Assembly (NCBI GenBank): GCA_963813155.1
Contig: CAWEYG010000003.1
Location: 352,001-416,000 of the forward strand
From: an uncultured Acidobacteriota bacterium
GTDB taxonomy: Bacteria; Acidobacteriota; Thermoanaerobaculia; UBA5066; DATFVB01
DNA: 64,000 nucleotides
Direction: 5' to 3'
A program made the position numbers and the translations under genes. Positions 20,720 to 30,768 of the stretch are shown here, piece after piece (the stretch's first letter is position 1; each line of letters starts with the position of its first letter). The notes below the pieces were generated by a model. It had not been told where the DNA came from, did no database searches, and saw nothing but the letters and a program-made list of their open reading frames with translations.

Positions 20720-21307
20720 TTACTTTGCGGCGGCCGCCAGGAAATGCCCGATCTCGTCGCCCGCCACGTTCTCGACCCGGCGACGCAACGAATCCGAGGC
20801 TTGCGCGAGAAGCTTGTGGTGCCCCGCCGCGACGACCCTGCCCGACCCGTCGACGACCTTGAAGTCGAAAACGACCGTTCCCGAACCGGCGGCTTCCCCG
20901 ATCCAGCCCCCCCAGGAGGCTCCCGCCGAGGGCGGCCGAAACTCCGTCACCTGTCCCATCAGCTTGTAGCTTCCGGAGGATTTCGACAGCTTGATCGACC
21001 CTCCCGAACGGTCCGCCGCGTTGTCGAAGATCGCGTCCTGCATGAAGCCCGGAAGCTCTTTCCAGGAAAGATCGCCCTTTTCCTTTTCCGGGCGCTCGCA
21101 TTTGACATCGAACTTCTCGACGTGAATCGTCTTTCCCGAGAGATCCGCGCTCGGAGCGAGGTACTCCTGGTCCAGATACTTTCCCTTGTGCGTGTCGACG
21201 CCCAAGAACTCCTTGTCGGGCCCCGGGCTGTCCTTGCCCCGCGCTCGAACGACGGCGGGCGCCGCGAGAATCGCCGCCAGAATCCAAAGAATCCCGATTT
21301 TGCGCAT
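20720..21307 (-). CDS. Exported protein, DUF4410-like
   Basis: GAGGAGG RBS, signal peptide MRKIGILWILAAILAAPA; family assignment tentative. Confidence 0.6.
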   Translation of the reverse strand: MRKIGILWILAAILAAPAVVRARGKDSPGPDKEFLGVDTHKGKYLDQEYLAPSADLSGKTIHVEKFDVKCERPEKEKGDLSWKELPGFMQDAIFDNAADRSGGSIKLSKSSGSYKLMGQVTEFRPPSAGASWGGWIGEAAGSGTVVFDFKVVDGSGRVVAAGHHKLLAQASDSLRRRVENVAGDEIGHFLAAAAK

Positions 21308-21338
21308 GTCGACCTCCTCAAAAAACTTCAAAACGACA

Positions 21339-23438
21339 TCACGAAAGATGGGCGGAGAATTTCTTTCCCTGCAGGGTGATCGTGAGCACGCGGGAATCGC
21401 CTCCCGCGAGGGTCGCGTTGATCGGCTGATAGCCTTTCACCGAAGAATCCGGCGTCGTCAGCCAGACCTTGACCGTGGACGAGCCCGGCGCGACTTTCAG
21501 GGTGTCGGCCAGCACTCCCCCGTTCTCTTTCCCAAAATCGAAATTCTTCCGATAGATGATCGCATCGTTGACCGCGATCATGAGATACCCCTTCGGAATG
21601 GGGCTCGTGAACGTCACTTTGATCGTCGCGGGCGTCGTCGCGGAGGCTGCCGGCGGACGGCTTCCCGCGGAGCTCGCCGCGGCCGGCGTGGTCGCCGTCT
21701 TGGCCTGAGCCTCCCCGACCCGGGCGAGTGACTCGGCTTTCTTCTTCTTCTCGCCCTTTCTCAGCTCCGCCTTCTTTTCGTCGGTCAGGCGCTTGCGGGT
21801 GTCTTCCGAGAGCTTCGTCGCTTCCTCGTTCTTCGGGTCGAGGTTCAGAGCCGCTTCCGACTCCTTCAGCGCCGTCTCGAAGTCCTTTCCGTCCAGGGCG
21901 GTCCTGCCGGCCTGCAGGTGCGACGCGATTTGAGCGGACTTTTCCTCGTCGGCTTTTTTCTGCTGCTCGTTGCGAATCGCTTCTTCCGACATCTGGCTGA
22001 ATTCGCGAGCGGCCTTGAGCGAGGGATCCCGCTGGAGGACGGATCGAAAGAGCGCGAGGCTTTCCGCATAGCGTCCCTTCGCGTACAGGTCCTTGCCCTG
22101 GGCGACCTCTTTCTGCAGATCGAGCTGTGCGCGGCTCGCTTCCTCGACGGCTTTCGGGGGCTCGCCGCCCGGGATCCGGGACTTCAGCACGAGCAGCGCC
22201 GCCCCGACGATCACGACCACCGCGGCGACGATTCCCCACCAGTACTTCGGATTGACGGCGCTCTTCCAGACCGTCGCCTGGCCCGCCGCGGGAGCTCCTT
22301 TCGCGGCCGGACCCGGGACCGGCGCAGCGACGGCGCCGGGAACCGCCGAGGTGGCGGAGCCCAGCACTTCGCGCGTCGATTCGCCCACCGGGGCGGGAGC
22401 GCGGACGCCGCCCGTCCCTTCCGCGACCGCAACCGTCCGGCCCGGGGCCGAGTCCTCGAGCGCGGGCGCGTCGAGACGCGTGGCCTCCTCGAGCCCTTCC
22501 AGCCCTTCGAGCTTCATCGTCGGCAGGTTTTCGGCGGACGACACCATCGTCCCGAGGTCCTGGAAGATCGCCTGCTCCTCGAATCGCGCTTTCGCCTGGT
22601 AGAGCGCGAGAGCGAAATCCTTCCCGCGCTGGTAGCGATTCCACGGATCCTTCGACAGCGCCTTTCCGAGGATCGAATCGAATTCCCCCGGAACGTTCTT
22701 CGAGATGTCGGCGAGCGGCGTGAAATTCTCGTGAACGATCTTGTACGAGATGGTCGTCAGGTTCTCGCCGGAGAAGGGCTTTCGGCGGGAGAGCATTTCG
22801 TAGAGGACGACGCCGAGCGAGAAGATGTCGCTGCGCCCGTCCACCGACGCCCCGGTGACCTGCTCCGGCGACATGTAGTTCGGCGTTCCGAGGAATTGAC
22901 CCGTCGTCGTCAGGTTCGACGAGGCGACCTTCGCGATCCCGAAATCCGTGATCTTCACCTTGCCGTCGGTCGTGATCATGATGTTCGCCGGCTTGATGTC
23001 GCGATGGATGATTCCCTTGCGGTGCGCGTAGTCGAGGGCCTCGGCGACCTGGCCGATGATGTCGGAGATCTGGTCGGGGGCGAACTGGGTCATCTCGACG
23101 AGGAGGGCCTTGATCGTCTTGCCCTCGATGTACTCCATCGCGATGAAGGAGACCCCCGTCTCTTTGTCCTCGCCGACGTCGTAGATCGTGACGATGTTCG
23201 GGTGAGACAGGATTCCGGCCGTTTGCGCCTCGCGCATGAAGCGCTCGCGGAACTCCCGGGACTCCGAATCGTCCTCGTCGCCCCCGGAGGCCCGGATCGT
23301 CTTGATCGCGACGAGGCGGCCGATCGAAGGGTCCTTCGCGAGGTACACCACCCCCATCGCGCCCTTGCCGAGCTCGCTCAAGATCTCGAACCGTCCCAGG
23401 CGGCTCAACTTCGGAATGCTGTCGGCGCGATCGCTCAT
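21339..23438 (-). CDS. Membrane Ser/Thr protein kinase with extracytoplasmic TPR region
   Basis: LGKGAMGVVY, VAIK, HRDIKPANI, DFGIA, GTPNYMSPEQ; TM segment; TPR-like helices. Confidence 0.93.
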   Translation of the reverse strand: MSDRADSIPKLSRLGRFEILSELGKGAMGVVYLAKDPSIGRLVAIKTIRASGGDEDDSESREFRERFMREAQTAGILSHPNIVTIYDVGEDKETGVSFIAMEYIEGKTIKALLVEMTQFAPDQISDIIGQVAEALDYAHRKGIIHRDIKPANIMITTDGKVKITDFGIAKVASSNLTTTGQFLGTPNYMSPEQVTGASVDGRSDIFSLGVVLYEMLSRRKPFSGENLTTISYKIVHENFTPLADISKNVPGEFDSILGKALSKDPWNRYQRGKDFALALYQAKARFEEQAIFQDLGTMVSSAENLPTMKLEGLEGLEEATRLDAPALEDSAPGRTVAVAEGTGGVRAPAPVGESTREVLGSATSAVPGAVAAPVPGPAAKGAPAAGQATVWKSAVNPKYWWGIVAAVVVIVGAALLVLKSRIPGGEPPKAVEEASRAQLDLQKEVAQGKDLYAKGRYAESLALFRSVLQRDPSLKAAREFSQMSEEAIRNEQQKKADEEKSAQIASHLQAGRTALDGKDFETALKESEAALNLDPKNEEATKLSEDTRKRLTDEKKAELRKGEKKKKAESLARVGEAQAKTATTPAAASSAGSRPPAASATTPATIKVTFTSPIPKGYLMIAVNDAIIYRKNFDFGKENGGVLADTLKVAPGSSTVKVWLTTPDSSVKGYQPINATLAGGDSRVLTITLQGKKFSAHLS

Positions 23439-23476
23439 TGTCTTCTTTCGGTAGAAAGCCCTCTCCGAGTGGCTAA

Positions 23477-23505
23477 ATTCTAAGAGCGACCGGATCGAGT
23501 GTCAA
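23477..23505 (-). promoter_or_regulatory. Sigma70-type promoter of the kinase gene
   Basis: TTGACA-17 nt-TAGAAT on minus strand. Confidence 0.75.
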
Positions 23506-23530
23506 CGCGGGGAGACCGGCGGGCCCGGCT

Positions 23531-24601
23531 CTAGCCGATTTTCGGCGGTTTTCCCCGCCGCACGGCCCCTGCGCGCCGAGCCTCGAAGCGCTCCACGCCG
23601 TAACGCACGAGACGGTCGAGGAGCTCCGGCAGGGGAACTCCGGCATCGGCCCAGAGGCGCGGGTATTGCGAAATGGAGGTGAAGCCGGGAAGGGTGTTCA
23701 GCTCGTTCAGGACGAGCCCCCCCGATTTACGGTCCAGGAAGAAGTCGACCCTCGCGAGGCCCGAACAGCCGCACAGCAGGAACGCGCGCACGGCCGTCTT
23801 TCGCACTTCGAGCGCGATCGAGTCGTCGAGAGGAGCGGGCACGAGGAGTTGGGCTGCGTTCGAAAGGTACTTGTCCTCGTAGTCGTAGAACTCCCGGCCG
23901 GGGACGATCTCGGCGCATCCCGATGCCTCCGGCTCGTCGTTTCCCAGAATCGCCGTTTCGATCTCGCGGGCGTCGATGCCCTCTTCCACGAGAAGGGAGT
24001 CGTCGTAATCGAAGGCGAGAGCGACAGCCGCCGGAAGCTCGCTCCAATCCTTGACTCTGGTGATGCCGAGCGACGATCCGCCGTTGGACGGCTTCACGAA
24101 GACCGGGAGCGCAAATCTCCGGGCGACGGAGTCGGCGAGAGCCGCCGCCGACGCCGCCCACTCGGGCCTCGAGACGGCCAACGAGCGGACGACCGGTATT
24201 CCGGCTTCCCTCATCCTCGCCTTGAAAGCGATCTTGTTCATTCCCAGGGCCGACGCCGAGACCCCCGAGCCCACGTACGGCAACCCGATCGTTTCGAAGA
24301 AGCCCTGGAGCGTGCCGTCCTCTCCCGCCTCGCCGTGCACGATCGGGAACGCGGCGTCGACGCCGCGGAAGAACCGGCACGGGTCCTGGCTCTCCGCCGG
24401 CGGCGGCAGGGAATCGAAGCCCCGTTCGAGCAGGATTCGGGAATCCTCTTCGTTGCGAAACCGGCCGGCGGCGTCGATGCCGACGGGAACGGCAATCGCC
24501 GAGCCCGAGAGGCCCTCCAGGATTGCGCGGGCCGAGACGCGCGACACTTCGCGCTCGACCGACATGCCGCCGAAGACGACGGCGACCCGGCGCTTCACCA
24601 T
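23531..24601 (-). CDS. ddl: D-alanine--D-alanine ligase
   Basis: FGGMSVEREVS, HGEAGEDG, FVKPSNGGSSLG, FYDYEDKY, NELNTLPGFT. Confidence 0.95.
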   Translation of the reverse strand: MVKRRVAVVFGGMSVEREVSRVSARAILEGLSGSAIAVPVGIDAAGRFRNEEDSRILLERGFDSLPPPAESQDPCRFFRGVDAAFPIVHGEAGEDGTLQGFFETIGLPYVGSGVSASALGMNKIAFKARMREAGIPVVRSLAVSRPEWAASAAALADSVARRFALPVFVKPSNGGSSLGITRVKDWSELPAAVALAFDYDDSLLVEEGIDAREIETAILGNDEPEASGCAEIVPGREFYDYEDKYLSNAAQLLVPAPLDDSIALEVRKTAVRAFLLCGCSGLARVDFFLDRKSGGLVLNELNTLPGFTSISQYPRLWADAGVPLPELLDRLVRYGVERFEARRAGAVRRGKPPKIG

Positions 24602-26175
24602 TCGACGACGCGGACCCGCTCGATCGCTTCGGCGGTCTCGAGCGACGCGAGCGCCTTCGCCGGCGGGACCGTGTCCACGGTAAGGACCGAGGCGGCGCCG
24701 CCCGAGCCGTCCCCGCGCGAGAGAGTGAAGTCCGCGATGTTGACGCCCGCCGCGCCGAGAATCGTTCCCACGAGGCCGACGACGCCCGGCACGTCTTTGT
24801 TGAGGACGTAGAGGGCCACGCCGCGCGGACGGAATTCGAGGGATCGCCCGTCGATGGAAACGAGCCGCGGATCGCCCTTTCCGAAGATCGTTCCTTCTGC
24901 CGTGTGGACGCCCGTCCCCGATTTCAGGATCACGCGCAGAAGCGCCGCGTAGTCTCCCCTCTCTTCGTGGGAAGTCTCGGAGATCGACACGCCGCGATCG
25001 CGGGCGACGGCCCCGGCGTTGACGAGGTTGACGGTCTCGGGCGATACGCCCGAAAGAGCGCCCTTGACGGCCGCGAGCGCGACCGGCCGAAGGAATTCCG
25101 CCGGCAGGTTCCAGGCCTCGACGGAGACGGAGGAGAGAAGGCCGTCCGAAATGCAGCGCAGGAACCTCGCGGCTCGCTCCGAGAGGTCCATCCACCCGGC
25201 CGCCGCCCCCGCGTCCGACGGCTTGCGGAACGGAAGATTCACGGCGGGAACATAGGCGGCGCCGGACAGCGCCTCCCGCAGCGCCTCGACCGTCTGCGAC
25301 GCGACGCGCTCCTGGGCCTCCTGCGTCGAAGCGCCGAGGTGCGGCGTCGCGACGACGTTTTCCATGCGAAATATCGGGTCCGCAAAATCGGGGGGCTCGG
25401 GGTCGTACACGTCGATCGCGGCCCCGCCAAGACGGCCTGACGAGAGCGCGGAGTACAGCGCGTCGCGGTCCACGAGACTTCCCCTCGCCACGTTCACGAG
25501 AACGGCGCCCGGCTTCATCGACGCGAAGGCCTTCTCGTCCATCATCTTCTTCGCGGAGTCCGTCGCAGTCGCGTGGAGCGTGACGATGTCGGCCTCGCGG
25601 AGGAGCTGCTCGAAATCGACGAGAGCGGCGCCGAGCTCGCGGGCTTTCTCGGCGGGAAGAAACGGGTCGAACCCGATGACGCGGGCGCCGAAAGCGTTCG
25701 CCCGGGTCGCGACCCTCGAACCGACCTGGCCGAGCCCGACGATCCCGATCGTCTTGCCCTCCAGCTCCGTCCCGACGAATTTCGCCCGATCCCACTTGCC
25801 CTCCTTCAGGGAAGCGGCGGCGACGGTCACCCGGCGCAGCAGGGCGAAGAGGATCGCGAACGTGTGCTCGACGGCCGACACCACGTTGCCGGTCGGCGAG
25901 TTCAGGACGAGGACTCCCCGGCGCGTCGCGGCAGCCATCTCGATGTTGTCGACGCCGACACCGGCGCGGCCGATCACGGTCAGCTTCGGCGCGCGGGAAA
26001 GCAGGCCGGCGTCGACCTTCGTTCCGCTGCGCACGAGCAGCGCGTCGGCATCCTGGAGCGCCTCGAGCAGCTTCTCCCGCGGCCAGCCGACCGCGTCGAC
26101 GACGTCGTGGCCATCCTTTCGGAGCAGGTCGATTCCGGACGAAGAGATTTTCTCGGCGACGACGACCCGGCTCAC
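24595..26175 (-). CDS. serA: D-3-phosphoglycerate dehydrogenase (long form with ACT domain)
   Basis: GRAGVGVDNI, GLGQVG, NVARG, TPHLGASTQEAQ, NKDVPGVVG. Confidence 0.93.
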   Translation of the reverse strand: MSRVVVAEKISSSGIDLLRKDGHDVVDAVGWPREKLLEALQDADALLVRSGTKVDAGLLSRAPKLTVIGRAGVGVDNIEMAAATRRGVLVLNSPTGNVVSAVEHTFAILFALLRRVTVAAASLKEGKWDRAKFVGTELEGKTIGIVGLGQVGSRVATRANAFGARVIGFDPFLPAEKARELGAALVDFEQLLREADIVTLHATATDSAKKMMDEKAFASMKPGAVLVNVARGSLVDRDALYSALSSGRLGGAAIDVYDPEPPDFADPIFRMENVVATPHLGASTQEAQERVASQTVEALREALSGAAYVPAVNLPFRKPSDAGAAAGWMDLSERAARFLRCISDGLLSSVSVEAWNLPAEFLRPVALAAVKGALSGVSPETVNLVNAGAVARDRGVSISETSHEERGDYAALLRVILKSGTGVHTAEGTIFGKGDPRLVSIDGRSLEFRPRGVALYVLNKDVPGVVGLVGTILGAAGVNIADFTLSRGDGSGGAASVLTVDTVPPAKALASLETAEAIERVRVVEW

Positions 26176-27275
26176 GCCCGGCACTCGGGCAGAACCCGGT
26201 CGATCTCGGCGAGCAGCGAGTCGAGCGATTCGAGGTCGACGTCGCCCATGTGGCTGATGCGGAACGTGTCGTTCTTGAGCTTTCCGTAGCCGCCCCCGAT
26301 CGTCCATCCGCCCGCGGACAGGGCGCTCTTGAGCTTCTCCGGCGAGAACCCCGCAGGCGGCCGCAGGCACGAAACGGTCGGCGAACGCTGCTCCGGCCGA
26401 GCCGCGAAGAATTCACAGCCCTTCGCGGAAGCCCACGACTCGACACGCGAACGCATCGCGCGGTGGCGCTCGAACCGCGCCGGGAGGGTCTCCTGCTCGA
26501 AGAACCCGAGCTGGACGTCGAGAGCGAAGAGGTGCGGAAGGGAGGGCGTCGTCGGGGTGTGGTGCTTCTTCGAAAATTCCTCGTACTCGGCGAACTTGAA
26601 ATAGTGCGACCGCACTCCCGCGGACCGCGACCGGTCGAGCAGGCGCCTCGAAACGGCCCCGACCGCGAGCCCCGGCGGAAGGGCGAGGGCCTTCTGCGAG
26701 CCCGCGAGGACGAGGTCGATGCCCCACGCGTCGGTCTCGACCGGAGCCCCCGCGAGGGACGTGACGGCATCCACGAGAAGGAACGCATCGGAGTTCTCGC
26801 GGACCGCCTTCGCGATCTCTCCGAGCGGGGAAATCACCCCGGTGGAGGTTTCGTTGTGAACGACGGTGACGGCATCGTATTTCTTCTTCCCGAGGGCTTC
26901 GCGCACCCGGTCCGGGTCCGCGGCCTCGCCCCACTCGAACGAGAGCTTGTCCGCCTCGAACCCGTTGTCGGTCGCGATCTTGTTCCACCGCTCGGAAAAC
27001 GCGCCGACCGTGACCGACAGCACGCGCGACGGATTCGCGTTCTGAAGGCCGGCCTCCATGAGGCCCGTCGCCGAGGACGTCGCGAGCAGCACGAAGTTTT
27101 TCGTGTCGAACACGGCGGGAATCCGCTTTTCGATCCGCTCCTGGAGGTCGGCGTACGACTTGCCGCGGTGCCCGATCATCGGCTTCGAAAGAGCCGCGAG
27201 AACTTCCGGCCGGACGTAGACCGGCCCGGGCAGGAAAAACTTGACGGTGCCGGCGAACGGCGGTTTTTCGCTCAT
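26172..27275 (-). CDS. Class V PLP aminotransferase (alanine-glyoxylate/serine-pyruvate type)
   Basis: FLPGPV, VHNETSTGV, VDAVTS, GSQKALALPPG, FRISHMG. Confidence 0.9.
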   Translation of the reverse strand: MSEKPPFAGTVKFFLPGPVYVRPEVLAALSKPMIGHRGKSYADLQERIEKRIPAVFDTKNFVLLATSSATGLMEAGLQNANPSRVLSVTVGAFSERWNKIATDNGFEADKLSFEWGEAADPDRVREALGKKKYDAVTVVHNETSTGVISPLGEIAKAVRENSDAFLLVDAVTSLAGAPVETDAWGIDLVLAGSQKALALPPGLAVGAVSRRLLDRSRSAGVRSHYFKFAEYEEFSKKHHTPTTPSLPHLFALDVQLGFFEQETLPARFERHRAMRSRVESWASAKGCEFFAARPEQRSPTVSCLRPPAGFSPEKLKSALSAGGWTIGGGYGKLKNDTFRISHMGDVDLESLDSLLAEIDRVLPECRA

Positions 27276-27281
27276 GGCCGG

Positions 27282-27310
27282 ATTCTTTCCCGCAGGCGGA
27301 GCTATGTCAA
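27282..27310 (-). promoter_or_regulatory. Sigma70-type promoter, probably leaderless, for aminotransferase-serA-ddl
   Basis: TTGACA-17 nt-AAGAAT, 6 nt before the ATG at 27275. Confidence 0.55.
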
Positions 27311-27985
27311 TGAGCGGAGATGCCCGCGAGCGGAACGCGCCGAAAGGAGCGCGAGCGCGGCGGGCAGCTCCGAGAGGTCGTCGATCAGCAGATCCGCGCC
27401 GGCGGTCTCCAGGAACGCCCGCGATCGCGATCCCGAGGGCACGACGACCGCGCGGCAACCGCCGGCCCGCGCGAATTCCACGTCGACCTCCATGTCGCCG
27501 ACGCACACCGTCGCCTCGGGCGCCGCGCCGATCTCCGCCATCAGCGCCCGGAGCATCGAGGGATCGGGTTTCGGAGCGTGCGTCGCGTCGGGGCCGGCGA
27601 AGCCCCGGAAGTATGCGGCGACGTTTTTCGACTCGAGGATCAGCCGGGAGAACCGGAGCGGCTTGTTCGAGGCGAGGCACATCGAATACCCCTCCCGGGC
27701 CAGCCTCTCGAGCACCTCCGGCACGCCGGGCAGAAGCCGGGACTTCTCGATCGCGACTTCGGGGTAATACTCGCGAAAGAGGCGCACTCCCTCCGGAGCG
27801 TCCCCGGCCCCGACCGCCTGCTCCAGGAGCTTTTCCAGGCCGTGACCGACCATCTCACGGACGCGATCGCGGCCGGGAGGCACTTTCCCGAGCGCCTTCA
27901 CGGCGTGGGCGAGGGCTTCCTCGATCGCGTCGTAGCCGTCGATGAGAGTGCCGTCGAGATCGAACACGATCGCCCCGGGCTTCAT
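27302..27985 (-). CDS. HAD-family phosphatase (Gph-like)
   Basis: FDLDGTL, SNK, KPDP, VGDMEVD. Confidence 0.88.
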   Translation of the reverse strand: MKPGAIVFDLDGTLIDGYDAIEEALAHAVKALGKVPPGRDRVREMVGHGLEKLLEQAVGAGDAPEGVRLFREYYPEVAIEKSRLLPGVPEVLERLAREGYSMCLASNKPLRFSRLILESKNVAAYFRGFAGPDATHAPKPDPSMLRALMAEIGAAPEATVCVGDMEVDVEFARAGGCRAVVVPSGSRSRAFLETAGADLLIDDLSELPAALALLSARSARGHLRSLT

Positions 27986-28460
27986 TCGATTCCGAGCCGC
28001 CGAAAAAGGCGCGCGACGAGGCCCTCGAGGTCGTCGCTGTAGTCCGTCCCGTCGAATTCCACTCCGAACCGGCGGGTTTTCCCCACGTGGATTCGCGTCA
28101 TCGGAAGGCGCTTGTACCCCTCGACGAGGACGACGTCGCAATCGGAAAAGTCTCGCCGGAGGATCGTCTCGAGGTCGTCGGCTTCGCGGCGACGCACCGT
28201 GGACTCCGTCGTCCGAACGAAGGCCGACGGCTCGGCCCCGGCCGCCCGGACCCTCGACGAGTCCTTTCCCGGCAAGTCGTCCTCGACGTCGTGGGGAGTG
28301 TGCTTCACCGCGCCGACGCGAAGGCCCCGATCCCGAAGCCTCGGCACGAGCTTTTCCAGGAGCGTCGTCTTGCCGGAATTGTGCTCGCCGGAAATCCCGA
28401 TCGCCGCCGGCCGCTCCTCCGGGTAGATCCGGGTTTCGGGAGACGGATCGGCGACGCTTC
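27982..28460 (-). CDS. mobB: Molybdopterin-guanine dinucleotide biosynthesis protein B domain (no obvious own start; possibly fused to upstream gene)
   Basis: GEHNSGKTTLLEKL, VGAVKH, PGKDS, DVVLVEGYK. Confidence 0.8.
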
Positions 28461-29570
28461 GCTGCCGTTCGCAGTAGCGGCCCAGGGTCCGATGCCCTCC
28501 TCCAGGAGCTCGCGGAATTCCGGCGAGCCCGTCAGGAGATCGATCGCCGGCCGGCTCTCGAACTCGTAGGGCTGGTCCCTCCAGCGAAAATCGGACGGCG
28601 CCGAGAGCCGGCACGCCTCGAGGATTCGAAGCCCCGTTTCGAACGGCCGGTAGAGCTTCGCGTCGAGGACGTGCTGAAAGACGCCGTGGCAGATCTCTCC
28701 GGCGAACTTTTGAAACGTCGGAAGGAAGTGGACCGGCAGGAACCGCACTCCGGGAAGCCCGGCACCGTTCAGAGCGTCCGCGAGCCGGTCCGCGTCGAGA
28801 AACGGCGCGCCGACCTGCTCGAACGGCCGGGTCGTGCCGCGTCCTTCCGAGAGGTTCGTCGCCTCGACGAGGCAGGCGCCCGGGTAGACGCGGGCAGTGT
28901 CGACGGTGGGCATGTTCGGAGAAGGCGCGACCCACGCCGCTCCCGCGGGCCAGCCCGTCCCTCTGGCCCATCGGCTCATTCGGACGACGGAGAGGTCGAC
29001 GTCGAGCCCCTTCCGGTCACGGTAGAGCATCGCGATCTCGCCCGCCGTGAGGCCGTGCCGGACCGGCACCGGAAGAAGCCCCACGAACGAGCAGAGGTCC
29101 GGGCGCTGAGGCTCTCCCTCGCGGGCTCCGCCGAGGGGATTCGGCCGGTCGCACACGAGCACCCGGACTCCCGCCTTCGAACACGCTTCCATCGCGAGGC
29201 AGATCGTCCACACGAACGTGTAATAGCGGCTCCCGACGTCCTGGAGATCGCAGACGAGGACGTCGAGGCCCTCGAGGTCCGCGCGGGTCGGGGAGAGCGA
29301 GGCCGCGGTGCCGCCGTACAGCGAACGAACCGGAAGGCCGGTCTCGGAATGGACAGAATCCGAGACCTCCGCCATGTCCTGGGCTCCCCCGTCGATGCCG
29401 TGCTCCGGCCCGAACAACCGAACCAGGCGGACACCCGGGAGTTTCGCGAGACGCTTCCATCCCGGAACGAGGGAAGACGTGACGCCGGCCGGGTGGGAAA
29501 GCAGTCCGACGCGCAGCCCCTCGATCGGGGAGGGGTCGTCCAGGAGCCGGTCGATTCCGAATTGGAACAC
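28461..29570 (-). CDS. DUF1343/NamZ exo-beta-N-acetylmuramidase family; apparent frameshift near 28495, 3' end uncertain
   Basis: LFGPEHG, SLYG, DLQDVGSRYYT, DRPNPLGG, PSPNMPT, SEGRGTTRPFE. Confidence 0.88.
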
Positions 29571-29628
29571 GCGAGGGGGATTCTATGGCCGGTGAATCCT
29601 TTCGCGTATTTTTTCGTATTCTCCGCAC

Positions 29629-30747
29629 ATGGCGATCTTTCGCGACTGGGCCGACATGGCGAAGGAAACGGCGCGCTCGATCGGGCGAGACGACGTGCGC
29701 GAGCTCTTCTCGAGGGAATGGGCCGGCGCGCGGGAGATCCTCGTCGCGGAATATCGCGACCGCCTTCGAACGGAGCCCAGGCGGCTGCGCCGCTTTCTCC
29801 TCGAGGTCAACGCGATCGTCTACGGGCTCGTCCGGCGCCTCGCCCCGACGCGGCGGCTCGTGCTCGCGATCGCGCTCGTCTGCGTCGTCCTGAGCGGCAT
29901 GGGAGCGTGCCAGATCGGGAGGACCGAGAGCCGGCTCCACGTTTCGATCGACTTCGGCGGCATCCTCTCCGTGTCCGTCGTTCTCCTGCTGGGTCTGCTC
30001 GCGATGGAGCTCGTCGACAAGCTCGCGTTCCGGGACGAGCTCGTGCTGGCGCGCCAGCTCCAGGCCGACCTCCTGCCAAAGACGCCTCCCTCCGTGCCGG
30101 GGTTCGAGATCTCCGCGTTCAACCGGATCGCGAACATGGTGGGCGGCGATCTCTACGACTTCGTGATCCTGCCCGACGGGCGCCTTTCGCTTCTCTTCGG
30201 CGACGCGTCGGGGCACGGAATGGCGGCGGGGCTCGTGATGGCGGTCGCGCACGCGGGATTTCAGACGCAGCTCGAGGTCGATCCTTCCCCCTCGTCCATC
30301 TTCGGCGCGTTGAACCGCATCCTCTGCCGGACGGGCGGCCCGAGGTCGTTTTTCTCCTGCGCCTACGTCCTCCTGTCGCCCGACGGAACTTTCAGCGCCA
30401 CGTTCGCCGGGCACCCTCCCCTCCTGATCTTCGGCGCCAACGGCGAGCTTCGCGACTCGCTCGGCAAAGGCGCCTATCCGCTCGGCATCAAGGACGGACT
30501 GCGATGGGAAACTCTCGCGGGATCGATCGGCCCCGGCGAAACGCTCCTTCTCTACTCCGACGGGCTGCCGGAGGCGCGGGACGGCGAGCGGGAGTTCGGC
30601 GACGAGAGCGTGCGGCTCATCGTCCGGCAGTCGGCCGGGAAGCCAGTGTCGGAGCTGACGGCAAATCTCGCGCGGGAGCTGTCGGCGTTCTGCGGCCGGC
30701 GAGCGCCGGAAGACGACGTGTCGATCGTCGCGATCCGCAGGTCCTGA
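29629..30747 (+). CDS. Membrane PP2C/SpoIIE-family phosphatase
   Basis: Two TMs; LARQLQADLLP, VGGDLYDF, GDASGHG, LYSDGL, DDVSIV. Confidence 0.9.
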   Translation: MAIFRDWADMAKETARSIGRDDVRELFSREWAGAREILVAEYRDRLRTEPRRLRRFLLEVNAIVYGLVRRLAPTRRLVLAIALVCVVLSGMGACQIGRTESRLHVSIDFGGILSVSVVLLLGLLAMELVDKLAFRDELVLARQLQADLLPKTPPSVPGFEISAFNRIANMVGGDLYDFVILPDGRLSLLFGDASGHGMAAGLVMAVAHAGFQTQLEVDPSPSSIFGALNRILCRTGGPRSFFSCAYVLLSPDGTFSATFAGHPPLLIFGANGELRDSLGKGAYPLGIKDGLRWETLAGSIGPGETLLLYSDGLPEARDGEREFGDESVRLIVRQSAGKPVSELTANLARELSAFCGRRAPEDDVSIVAIRRS

Positions 30748-30768
30748 CCCGGCGCGCCGGGAATCCCT

